Position numbers and translations under genes: made by a program. Shown here in pieces: positions 56,082-64,000 of a stretch of 64,000 nt of DNA. Below the pieces are notes generated by a model, which worked only from the letters and a program-made list of their open reading frames with translations, was not told the origin of the DNA and did no database searches. The stretch's first letter is position 1, and each line of letters begins with the position of its first letter. This DNA comes from Bacilli bacterium (lineage in GTDB: Bacteria > Bacillota_I > Bacilli_A > RF39 > UBA660), in assembly GCA_017625395.1 (NCBI GenBank), contig JAGALD010000044.1:1248-65247 (forward strand), given 5' to 3'.

Positions 56082-57878
56082 TTATTCATTTTCATTAGAA
56101 TCAGTATTATTAGTAGTATCATTATTAGAATTATTATCTTCTACTTCTTCTTTCTCTGTTTCATCTTCACTAGGTTGAATCACTTCAGGTAAAACAGTTA
56201 CTCTTATATTAAATGATGCTCCCTCAACAATTCTTCCAGTTCTTGACTGACTAATAATTGTACCTTCTGGAAATTCTGTAGAAGGAACTTTTATAATATC
56301 TAAATTTAAATTATATTTATTAGCAAACTCTTGTATTTCTTCAATAGTCCATCCTTCCGAAACAAAATCAGGATATTGCTCATAAACATCAGGAATATAA
56401 AGAATTATCTCTGTTGGATTATCTTCCGAAACAATAATTTCAGTTCCTTTTGCTAAACTTTGTCCAACAATTGCCTGTAAATCCATGTCATCAGTTATTT
56501 CAACATCTTTCTTTTCAACAACAACTTTCATCTTATAAAGTTTTTCTAAAGTTGTTTGAACAGTAAGATAATTTTTTCCAGTGTAGTCTTCAATAATATA
56601 AGTATCATTTTTTCCAAGTGACTCACACACTTTAACAGTTGTACCTTCAGGTCTCAAAGAACCAATTTTAGGCTCAGTTCTAATTACCTTACCAGCAGGT
56701 ACTGTCTCACTATACTCTTGACACACTTCATCAGATATCTTAAACCCTTCACTAACTAGTGCTTTTTCTGCTTGTAATAAAGTTAAATCACTTACATCAG
56801 GAATCTTAATATCATCAGAACCTTTGAAAGTTGGATATAAAATAACAACTAATCCAACAATACCTGCTAAGAAAATAATAACTAAAATCCAAATAATAAC
56901 ATTAAATCCAGTACTTTTTTCTTCTTCAGTTATCTGTTTTGCAACAGGTTCTTCTTTTTCTTCTTTATCATTTTTCTCTTCTTGTAAAGATATCTCTTTC
57001 TCTTCTATATCATGCTCAGGAAATTTATATTCATACTTAGGTTGATTTAAATTTTCTTCATTTAATGCTACCTTCAAATCATTATACATTTCCTTAACAT
57101 CATTGTATCTATTTTTAGGATTCTTTGCTGTTGACTTAAGCACAATATTCTCAATACTTTGTGGCAAATTCGGATTAATTTTTCTTACACTTGGAATATC
57201 ATCTTTCATATGTTTAAGGGCTATTTCAACAGCATTATCACCTTTAAAAGGAAGCTTTCCCGTAATAAGCTCAAAAAACATAATTCCCATTGAATAAATA
57301 TCAGATTTTATTGTAGAACCTTTACCACTTGCTTGTTCAGGCGGAAGATAATGAACAGATCCCATTACAGAATTAGTTTGTGTTAATTGAGTAGAATTAA
57401 GCGCCATAGCTATTCCAAAATCTGTAATTTTAATAGCACCGTCATCTGCAATCATAATATTTTGCGGTTTCAAATCTCTATGGATTATATAACTATCATG
57501 TGCATGAGCAATACCATCTGTTAATTGAAGCATTATATCAATTACTTCAGAAGTAGTTAAATTACCTCTTTTCTTAAGAAGTTGTTTTAACGTTCTTCCC
57601 TCAACATACTCCATTACAATGTAATATGTACCGTTATCTTCACCAACATCATACATCTCAACTATATTTGGATGTGATAGTGACGAAGCAGCAATTGCTT
57701 CTCTTTGAAATCTTCTAATAAACTTCTCATCATTAGCAAGATCCCCTCTTAAAACTTTTATTGCTACTTTTCTATTAAGAATAATATCATATGCTAAATA
57801 AACATTAGCCATACCACCTTCGCCAATACTTTTTACAATCTCGTAGCGATCATTAATTTTTTGCCCCTTTGTTATCAA
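56082..57878 (-). CDS. prkC: Ser/Thr protein kinase with three extracellular PASTA domains
   Basis: GEGGMANVY, VAIK, HRDLKPQN and DFG. A TM helix and three PASTA-like modules follow. Confidence 0.9.
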   Translation of the reverse strand: MITKGQKINDRYEIVKSIGEGGMANVYLAYDIILNRKVAIKVLRGDLANDEKFIRRFQREAIAASSLSHPNIVEMYDVGEDNGTYYIVMEYVEGRTLKQLLKKRGNLTTSEVIDIMLQLTDGIAHAHDSYIIHRDLKPQNIMIADDGAIKITDFGIAMALNSTQLTQTNSVMGSVHYLPPEQASGKGSTIKSDIYSMGIMFFELITGKLPFKGDNAVEIALKHMKDDIPSVRKINPNLPQSIENIVLKSTAKNPKNRYNDVKEMYNDLKVALNEENLNQPKYEYKFPEHDIEEKEISLQEEKNDKEEKEEPVAKQITEEEKSTGFNVIIWILVIIFLAGIVGLVVILYPTFKGSDDIKIPDVSDLTLLQAEKALVSEGFKISDEVCQEYSETVPAGKVIRTEPKIGSLRPEGTTVKVCESLGKNDTYIIEDYTGKNYLTVQTTLEKLYKMKVVVEKKDVEITDDMDLQAIVGQSLAKGTEIIVSEDNPTEIILYIPDVYEQYPDFVSEGWTIEEIQEFANKYNLNLDIIKVPSTEFPEGTIISQSRTGRIVEGASFNIRVTVLPEVIQPSEDETEKEEVEDNNSNNDTTNNTDSNENE

Positions 57879-57880
57879 TC

Positions 57881-58621
57881 TTAATCACCACTTTCCACAA
57901 AATCCATATATGCTATAGATATATTATCATTACCCCCGCGGTTATTACTCTTTCTTATAAGACGAATAACTTTATCTTCTATCCCTGAATCACTTAATAA
58001 AACTTTCTCTATTTGATCATAATCTAACATAGTAGTAAGTCCATCACTACATAAAAGTATTGAAGAAATATCCATATCACAATCAAAAATATCAATATCG
58101 ATTGGATCATTTGCACCAAGCGCCTTCATCAATACATTTTTCTTTGGATGATCTTTTGCTTCTTCTTCTGTTAATTCACCAGCTTTAAGTAATAAATTAA
58201 CTAATGTATGGTCATATGTAACCTTATGAAGCTTATCATTCTTTACAACAAAACCAGATGAATCTCCAATATTTCCAATTAAAACATAATCTTTAGTAAC
58301 TAAAGCCACTACCAAAGTTGTCCCCATCCCCTTACTTTCAGGATGTTCATCAACATAATTGAATATAAGCTCGTTTACTTCTGTTGCCATTTCTCTAAGC
58401 CAATTAACGGCCTTTGACTTTTCCATATTGCAAAAAGACTCATTAAAGCATTTACTAATATGAGTTATTGTTATTGACGATGCAACCTCACCAGCAGAAT
58501 GACCTCCCATTCCATCAGCAACAGCCATCAAATAATCACCACTTTGATTTTTTGTAATAATAACACTATCTTCATTGTGTGATCTAACTTTTCCAGCGTC
58601 TGTTAAATAAAATGTTTTCAT
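57881..58621 (-). CDS. prpC: PP2C-family Ser/Thr phosphatase
   Basis: TDAGKVRSHNEDS, ADGMGGH and SDGL. The start ATG at 58621 follows a GAGGGAGGA RBS and forms an ATGA overlap with the rlmN stop. Confidence 0.85.
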   Translation of the reverse strand: MKTFYLTDAGKVRSHNEDSVIITKNQSGDYLMAVADGMGGHSAGEVASSITITHISKCFNESFCNMEKSKAVNWLREMATEVNELIFNYVDEHPESKGMGTTLVVALVTKDYVLIGNIGDSSGFVVKNDKLHKVTYDHTLVNLLLKAGELTEEEAKDHPKKNVLMKALGANDPIDIDIFDCDMDISSILLCSDGLTTMLDYDQIEKVLLSDSGIEDKVIRLIRKSNNRGGNDNISIAYMDFVESGD

Positions 58622-59640
58622 AAATCCTCCCTCTTGCTTCTTAATTGTCCACAAGCAGCACTAATATTAGTTCCAAATTCTCTTCTTATTGTTACATTCA
58701 TATTATTCTTTTTTATTATATCATAAAATTTCATAATACTATCTTTTTTACTTCTTTTATATTCAATATTATTAGTTTCATTATAAGGAATTAAATTAAC
58801 ATAACAATTTAATCCTCTAAGAAGCCTAACAAGTTCATTAGCACAATCAACCGTATCATTAATTCCTTGTAACATAATATATTCAAAAGTTATTCTTCTA
58901 TTTGTTTTTTTATAATAAATTTTTAAGGCATCTATTACCTTTTCTATAGGATATGCTTTATTTATAGGCATTATCTTATTTCTAATTTCATTATTAGGAG
59001 CATGTAAACTTATTGCCAAATTAACTTGATAAGGAAAATCAGCAAATTCAAGTATCTTAGGAACCAGTCCAGAAGTAGATACTGTTATATGTCTACTACC
59101 AATACTTAACCCCTTAGGATGATTAATTATTTTAATAAAATCAGTAACATTTTTATAATTATCGAAAGGTTCACCAATTCCCATTATAACGACATGACTA
59201 ATTCTTGTCTTGATATCTTCTTCTACCATCAAAATTTGTAAAACCATCTCGTAACTAGATAAATCCCTTACTTTCTTAAGTCTTCCACTCTCACAAAACT
59301 TGCATCCCATATTACAGCCAACTTGACTTGAAATACAAATACTAGTTCCATAATCATGTCTCATTAAAACACTTTCAACACACGAACCATCCTCTAAGTC
59401 AAATAAATATTTATTAACTTCAATATCTCTTTCTACTTTTGCTAAATTTAATTTATCTAAACGAAAATCTTCTTTAAGCCTCTCAATTACAGTCTTTTTC
59501 ATATCCGTAATTTCATCAAAACTTTTTATTCTTTTTTCATAAAGCCAAGTAAATAACTGAACAGCTTTAAACTTTTTCTCTCCAATGGATAAAAAGTACC
59601 CTTCTAAATCTTCAATTGTTAATCCATATATATTTCTCAT
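58618..59640 (-). CDS. rlmN: 23S rRNA/tRNA adenine-C2 methyltransferase RlmN (radical SAM)
   Basis: FKAVQLFTWLY, the radical SAM motif CNMGCKFC and a C-terminal AACGQL. I place the start at the ATG at 59640. Confidence 0.9.
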   Translation of the reverse strand: MRNIYGLTIEDLEGYFLSIGEKKFKAVQLFTWLYEKRIKSFDEITDMKKTVIERLKEDFRLDKLNLAKVERDIEVNKYLFDLEDGSCVESVLMRHDYGTSICISSQVGCNMGCKFCESGRLKKVRDLSSYEMVLQILMVEEDIKTRISHVVIMGIGEPFDNYKNVTDFIKIINHPKGLSIGSRHITVSTSGLVPKILEFADFPYQVNLAISLHAPNNEIRNKIMPINKAYPIEKVIDALKIYYKKTNRRITFEYIMLQGINDTVDCANELVRLLRGLNCYVNLIPYNETNNIEYKRSKKDSIMKFYDIIKKNNMNVTIRREFGTNISAACGQLRSKREDL

Positions 59641-59665
59641 AAAATCCACTTCCACTAATAACATT

Positions 59666-59693
59666 ATTATATCATGTAGCAATTTTCCTGCAA
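59666..59693 (-). promoter_or_regulatory. sigma-A-type promoter of the rlmN operon
   Basis: On the minus strand: TTGCAG (59693-59688), a 16-nt spacer ending in TGA, then TATAAT (59671-59666). Confidence 0.5.
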
Positions 59694-59720
59694 AAAAAAA
59701 GAAACGAGTTTACGTTTCTT
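59692..59720 (-). terminator. terminator after the paralog pair
   Basis: The stem is aagaaacg (59699-59706) pairing with cgtttctt (59713-59720). On the minus strand it is followed by T7. Confidence 0.7.
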
Positions 59721-59730
59721 TACAGCAATA

Positions 59731-60672
59731 TTATAAATTACCAGGAATTAATCTCCTAATTTTTTCATCTTCACGAGAATCTTCAAGTGCATCACGATAA
59801 GTAGATTCTATAGCTCTAACACTTAAATTAGGAAAACCATACTGATTTTTCTTTTTAAATTCTTGATATAAACTTTCAATTTCTTCCGGTGGTAATAAAG
59901 AGATAAATGGCCTTAAAATAACCGATAGCTCAAATCTAGTTTCTTCTATTTCTGAATCATCTTTTCCTACAAAATGATTTTCTACACCAAAAACACGTTT
60001 TTTTACTGCATTTTGTTTTCTCCTAATATATTCCTCAACCGGAATTTCTAAAAATCTAGCCATTATCTCATCATCATCTATTAAATATGCATCAACATTA
60101 TTTCCAAGTCCAAAATACCATTGTTCTAAATCTCCACTTTTAGATATAATATTATTTTTAAAATCTATTAGCATCATACGTTTTTGTTCATCAGTTTCAG
60201 TACCAATTTTCTTATCTATCAAAGATATCCTTTTTCTATCACCAAGAAGTAAATATATAACTTCTATTAAATTATCTATTTTCTTCTCATTAATTAAATT
60301 ACAAATATCTCTAGATAAGGAATATTCATTACCAGCAAATTGATTAACAGAATTTGCAAGTAACACATCATATTGTAACGAGCAATCTTTTTCTAATCTT
60401 TTCTTTATTCTAAATGCTCCATTTTGCATTCCGCCACAATTTTCAAGACAAAACATAATATTATCATATAAAATTGGATTTTCAAGAATCTCCTCACTTA
60501 CTTCTTTTTCCGTATCCAATTTAATTCTAATATCTCTTAATGCTCTTTGATATTCTCTAGAATCTCTTCCATACATTACTTCAGCATTAATTAATTCATT
60601 ATATGACTTGCAAATCATCTCTGAAATAGTAATCCAACTTTCTAATTTTTGCATTTGTTCTTGACTTAACAT
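59731..60672 (-). CDS. uncharacterised helical protein, paralog A of tandem pair
   Basis: A 313-aa protein preceded by a GGAGGGG RBS. It shares motifs with the upstream gene: YGRDSREYQ/YGKESVEYQ, NPILYDN/DPLIYQE and LEQWYFG/LEQWYLS. Confidence 0.6.
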   Translation of the reverse strand: MLSQEQMQKLESWITISEMICKSYNELINAEVMYGRDSREYQRALRDIRIKLDTEKEVSEEILENPILYDNIMFCLENCGGMQNGAFRIKKRLEKDCSLQYDVLLANSVNQFAGNEYSLSRDICNLINEKKIDNLIEVIYLLLGDRKRISLIDKKIGTETDEQKRMMLIDFKNNIISKSGDLEQWYFGLGNNVDAYLIDDDEIMARFLEIPVEEYIRRKQNAVKKRVFGVENHFVGKDDSEIEETRFELSVILRPFISLLPPEEIESLYQEFKKKNQYGFPNLSVRAIESTYRDALEDSREDEKIRRLIPGNL

Positions 60673-60705
60673 TTTAACCCCTCCAAATTATTAACATCAA
60701 ATATT

Positions 60706-61566
60706 TTATTTTTTCTTTTTAAAGTCATTTTCTTCACTACTTAACATAGACAAAACATTTAAAACACCAGGCAACGAGCATCTTTCTTCACCACAAAATT
60801 CTACAATGCCAGCTTTAATTTCTTCTTTTTCAGAAGTACTTAACATTCTTGATAAAGCACCAATATTCATTTCTAAAGCTTCACAATCGATATACTCTTT
60901 TCCACTTAATACAACTTGTAAATAACCATAAACATTCTTTGCCATATCAGCTACTACAAAACCTTTAATATCTGTTTTATATTGCTCTAAAGAAATTCCT
61001 AACATTTTAGCCATTTCTTCATCATTTTCCAACAACATAAAATCTCTATCTTTTTTTCCACTTAAATACCATTGTTCTAAAGATCTATTATGGGCCAAAA
61101 TATGTGCTTTACTAAAAATCAATAATTCTCTTTTATCAATATCTTTTTCATGCTCTAATTCATTATCAATAAATTCAACCATACTTTTATCTCGTAAATT
61201 AGAAAAAACTACTTCCTCAGTATTTCCTCTTACATATTCATAATTTTCACATCTAATAGTGCTATCATATGTACCAAGAACACTGTTAGAATCTCTTAAA
61301 ACAATTCTTTCAAATCCTAAAGATGAATCATTTATATAAGAAATTGCTTCTTGATAAATTAAAGGGTCACCCTTAAATTTCTTTAAAATATCATCTTCCA
61401 TTTCTACACATGTTTCTATATATTCTCTTCTCTTTTGATATTCTACAGACTCTTTACCATATAAAAATTCATCACGACACAAAAGATTATAAAGAGATAA
61501 TATATCCTTAGATATTTTTCTTAAATATCTCAAATCATCAGTTTGTTTATTAGTAAAATCCAACAT
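60706..61566 (-). CDS. uncharacterised helical protein, paralog B of tandem pair
   Basis: The start ATG at 61566 follows an AAAGGGGGA RBS. The ATG at 61617 in the track lies inside the promoter -10 region. Confidence 0.6.
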   Translation of the reverse strand: MLDFTNKQTDDLRYLRKISKDILSLYNLLCRDEFLYGKESVEYQKRREYIETCVEMEDDILKKFKGDPLIYQEAISYINDSSLGFERIVLRDSNSVLGTYDSTIRCENYEYVRGNTEEVVFSNLRDKSMVEFIDNELEHEKDIDKRELLIFSKAHILAHNRSLEQWYLSGKKDRDFMLLENDEEMAKMLGISLEQYKTDIKGFVVADMAKNVYGYLQVVLSGKEYIDCEALEMNIGALSRMLSTSEKEEIKAGIVEFCGEERCSLPGVLNVLSMLSSEENDFKKKK

Positions 61567-61605
61567 AAAAATCCCCCTTTTTACTAGACTTCCAAGTTGT
61601 GCTAC

Positions 61606-61634
61606 ATTATACCACAAAATTTAAAAAAATGCAA
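61606..61634 (-). promoter_or_regulatory. sigma-A-type promoter with TRTG extended -10 for the paralog pair
   Basis: On the minus strand: TTGCAT (61634-61629), a 17-nt spacer ending in TGTGG, then TATAAT (61611-61606). Confidence 0.6.
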
Positions 61635-61667
61635 GAAAAAAGCCTAGTACAATACTAAGCCAATATA

Positions 61668-63701
61668 TTATTTCTTAAATTTATACATAATTCTTAAAGT
61701 ATTTAAAATTGTTATTAAAGTAACACCAGTATCAGCAAAAACAGCAAACCACATAGAAATAGAACCTAAAACACTAAGCAATAAGATTGATAATTTTACA
61801 CCAATTGCAAAAATTAAATTTTCTTTAATAATCTTATTAGTATATTTAGAAATCCTAATCATCAAAGGAATCTTCTTTAAATCATCATTAACAATTACTA
61901 TATCTGATGCTTCAATTGCTGCTTCAGTTCCAATATTCCCCATTGAAATTCCAATATCTGCTCGTTTCAATGTAGGTGCATCATTAATACCATCACCAAC
62001 AAATATAACAACATCACCATTCTTCTTAACTTCTTCATATCGCGCATATTTATCAGTAGGTAACATTTCATATTCAACTTCATCAAGAGATAACTTTTTA
62101 CTAAGTTCTAAAGCATTTTTCTTCTTATCACCAGTGAACATATATGTTCTAATATTTATATCTTTTAATTCATTAATAACGTCAACTGATTCTTTCTTTA
62201 TACCATCATCCAATGTTATAGATGCAACATGATGCCCATTAATATTAACATGTAAACTTGCATTATAATCACAATTACAAATCTTACTATTTCCAACTTT
62301 TATTTTATAGTCATTAACTGAATAAGATATTCCCCCACCTGATATTTCTTTATAGTTTTTAACATCACTATTATCAATATCATTATTACCTAAATTAATA
62401 ATTGCATCTGCTATCGGATGATTTGAATTCATCTCACCCTTAATTAATAACTCAGTTAACATCTCTAAAGAATACTTATCATCAATTATTTCTATATTTG
62501 ATATATTAAAACTACCATTTGTAAGTGTACCTGTCTTATCAAAAATTATCTTATTTGTTTTACTTAAATTATCTAAATAATTACTACCCTTTATCAAAAT
62601 ACCATTTTTAGAAGATACACCAATACCAGTAAAATATGAAAGTGGAACTGATATGGCAATCGCACATGGACAAGAAATAACTAAAAAAGTTAATGCTCTA
62701 TAAAAGCTTTCTTCATAATTAACATTACTTATAATTGGCAACAAAACACATACCAAAATTGCTAGCAATAATATCAATGGAGTATAAACTTTACTTAATT
62801 TAGATACCGTCGTTTCTATATTTGCTTTTTTATCAGTTGCATCTTCAATAAGTGATAATATTCTAGAAACAGTGGAATCTTCATATTTTTTAGTTACTAT
62901 TACTTCAATTACTTCACCCTTATTTATTGTACCTGATAAAATTTCATCCTTTACCCTTACTTTGATAAGCTCACTTTCACCAGTTAACATTGAATAATCT
63001 ATAAGTGATTCACCATTTTTTATAACACCGTCTACAGGAATTCTACTTCCCTTTTTTACAATAATAATATCATTTTCTATCAAAGACTCTACTTCCGTTT
63101 TAACAACTTTATCCCCAACCTTTTTATAAGCAAACTTCTCTTTTAAATCAATTAAATCCTCAACAGATCCTCTAGTATTATTAATTGCTTTCTCTTCTAA
63201 AATTTTTCCTAACAAATAAAGAGAAACAACCATAATGCCTTCAAAATTTTCACCAATTATATAAGCACCAACACAAGATATAACAATAAGCAAATTTTCA
63301 TTAATTGTTTTATTCTTAATTATCATTGATACTGCATTCATAAAAGGCTTATATAAAAGAATAAGATAAGAAAATAAAATAAATATCTCACTTAAAATAT
63401 TATTATTTAGAAAAACTCCTAAAACACCAAATAAAAAACCAATTAACAATATAACAAAATGATATTCTTTATTCTTATTTTTATTTGAATTATCAGAAAC
63501 ACTAACCTTTGAATCAATTTTAGAAATAACTGAATTCAATTCCTTTAATGAAATATCACTTTCTGCATCAAACGATAACTTTAACGTAGAAAAATTAACT
63601 ATAACATTTTTTAATCTATTATCTTTACTTAATTCATCTTCTATCTTTTTAGCACAATGTGCACAATCTAAATTGTTAATACTATACTTATATCTTTTCA
63701 T
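61668..63701 (-). CDS. P1B-type heavy-metal ATPase, Zn/Cd/Pb-type signature
   Basis: An N-terminal HMA domain with CAHC, a CPC motif (VISCPCAIAISVP), DKTGTLT and GDGINDAP. The last TM helix has ADTG (DxG) and a preceding conserved Lys, rather than the YN and MxxSS motifs of Cu pumps. Confidence 0.8.
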   Translation of the reverse strand: MKRYKYSINNLDCAHCAKKIEDELSKDNRLKNVIVNFSTLKLSFDAESDISLKELNSVISKIDSKVSVSDNSNKNKNKEYHFVILLIGFLFGVLGVFLNNNILSEIFILFSYLILLYKPFMNAVSMIIKNKTINENLLIVISCVGAYIIGENFEGIMVVSLYLLGKILEEKAINNTRGSVEDLIDLKEKFAYKKVGDKVVKTEVESLIENDIIIVKKGSRIPVDGVIKNGESLIDYSMLTGESELIKVRVKDEILSGTINKGEVIEVIVTKKYEDSTVSRILSLIEDATDKKANIETTVSKLSKVYTPLILLLAILVCVLLPIISNVNYEESFYRALTFLVISCPCAIAISVPLSYFTGIGVSSKNGILIKGSNYLDNLSKTNKIIFDKTGTLTNGSFNISNIEIIDDKYSLEMLTELLIKGEMNSNHPIADAIINLGNNDIDNSDVKNYKEISGGGISYSVNDYKIKVGNSKICNCDYNASLHVNINGHHVASITLDDGIKKESVDVINELKDINIRTYMFTGDKKKNALELSKKLSLDEVEYEMLPTDKYARYEEVKKNGDVVIFVGDGINDAPTLKRADIGISMGNIGTEAAIEASDIVIVNDDLKKIPLMIRISKYTNKIIKENLIFAIGVKLSILLLSVLGSISMWFAVFADTGVTLITILNTLRIMYKFKK

Positions 63702-63979
63702 ATCAATTTTCTACATAAGTCCATAACTTCATCAATGGAATTATACCTTTCATTTTTTATATCATCTACCATACAAGTTTTCATATGATTTACCAAAATC
63801 TCTTGTCCTAAAGACTTTAAAGCTTTGTCAACTGCAGATATTTGAATTAAAATATCACTGCAATGACGATCATCATCTATCATCTTATTTATGCCATTTA
63901 CTTGACCAATAATTATATTAAGTCTCTTCTTATAATTATTTTTATCATCATCACAACGAATTACTAACTTATCACTCAT
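63698..63979 (-). CDS. CsoR/RcnR-family (DUF156) metal-sensing repressor with the C-H-C fingerprint
   Basis: RLNIIIGQVNGINKMI is present. In the stretch HCSDILIQISAV...NHMKTC, Cys, His(+25) and Cys(+29) are spaced as the Cu(I) ligands of CsoR are. The start ATG at 63979 follows a TAGGTGAT RBS. The stop overlaps the ATPase start by 4 nt. Confidence 0.75.
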   Translation of the reverse strand: MSDKLVIRCDDDKNNYKKRLNIIIGQVNGINKMIDDDRHCSDILIQISAVDKALKSLGQEILVNHMKTCMVDDIKNERYNSIDEVMDLCRKLI

Positions 63980-64000
63980 TAACATCACCTAATATCATTA

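Noticed and set aside
58618-58621. Mollicutes genetic code 4 (TGA read as Trp), considered because of the extreme AT content
   Set aside because: TGA works as a stop here, in the ATGA overlap of rlmN and prpC. All conserved genes translate at full length under the standard code. PBP, MltG and PASTA kinase genes indicate a walled organism.

Overview
This is a visibly very AT-rich Bacillota (Firmicutes)-type chromosomal segment. It uses the standard bacterial code: TGA acts as a stop, for example in the ATGA overlap of rlmN and prpC at 58618-58621. There are about 60 protein genes, almost all on the minus strand, and I saw no rRNA, tRNA or CRISPR array. All product calls come from motifs I recognised by eye in the ORF-track translations; no similarity search was possible.

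Roughly 36.4-59.7 kb is conserved housekeeping synteny:
- lysS, gpsA, yebC, PGM/PMM, tig, greA and a dGTPase-like HD protein.
- A B. subtilis-like yrrO-yrrN-yrrM-mltG-yrzB-ruvX-yrzL block.
- Rhomboid protease, lspA-rluD and ylmC.
- rpe-rsgA-prkC-prpC-rlmN.

The remainder is accessory, envelope or metal-related:
- A large serine recombinase, cut by the window edge, with a small SHOCT-like ORF, next to a class B PBP gene truncated just after its SxN motif.
- A complete IS256-family element with a perfect 8-bp target duplication.
- A radical SAM enzyme, a cohesin/cadherin-like surface protein and a kinase-fold protein.
- Ca2+ and Zn/Cd-type P-type ATPases.
- A CBS-pyrophosphatase.
- A zinc-ribbon protein with about 15 tandem 14-aa MFGG repeats.
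- A TagGH-like ABC exporter.

The standout locus is at 26.8-33.1 kb. It is a self-contained operon, with its own promoter and terminators. It encodes a sigma-70-family factor with an atypical N-terminus. The sigma stop codon overlaps the start of a 1620-aa ORF built from about 19 tandem, degenerate copies of a sigma region-4-like module. Three U UUA AAN slippery heptamers sit just before the sigma stop, so a -1 frameshift could fuse the two ORFs. I know of no described family with this architecture.

Other insertions into conserved synteny are a 469-aa pentapeptide-repeat protein and a tandem pair of about 300-aa paralogs with their own TRTG-type promoter and terminator.
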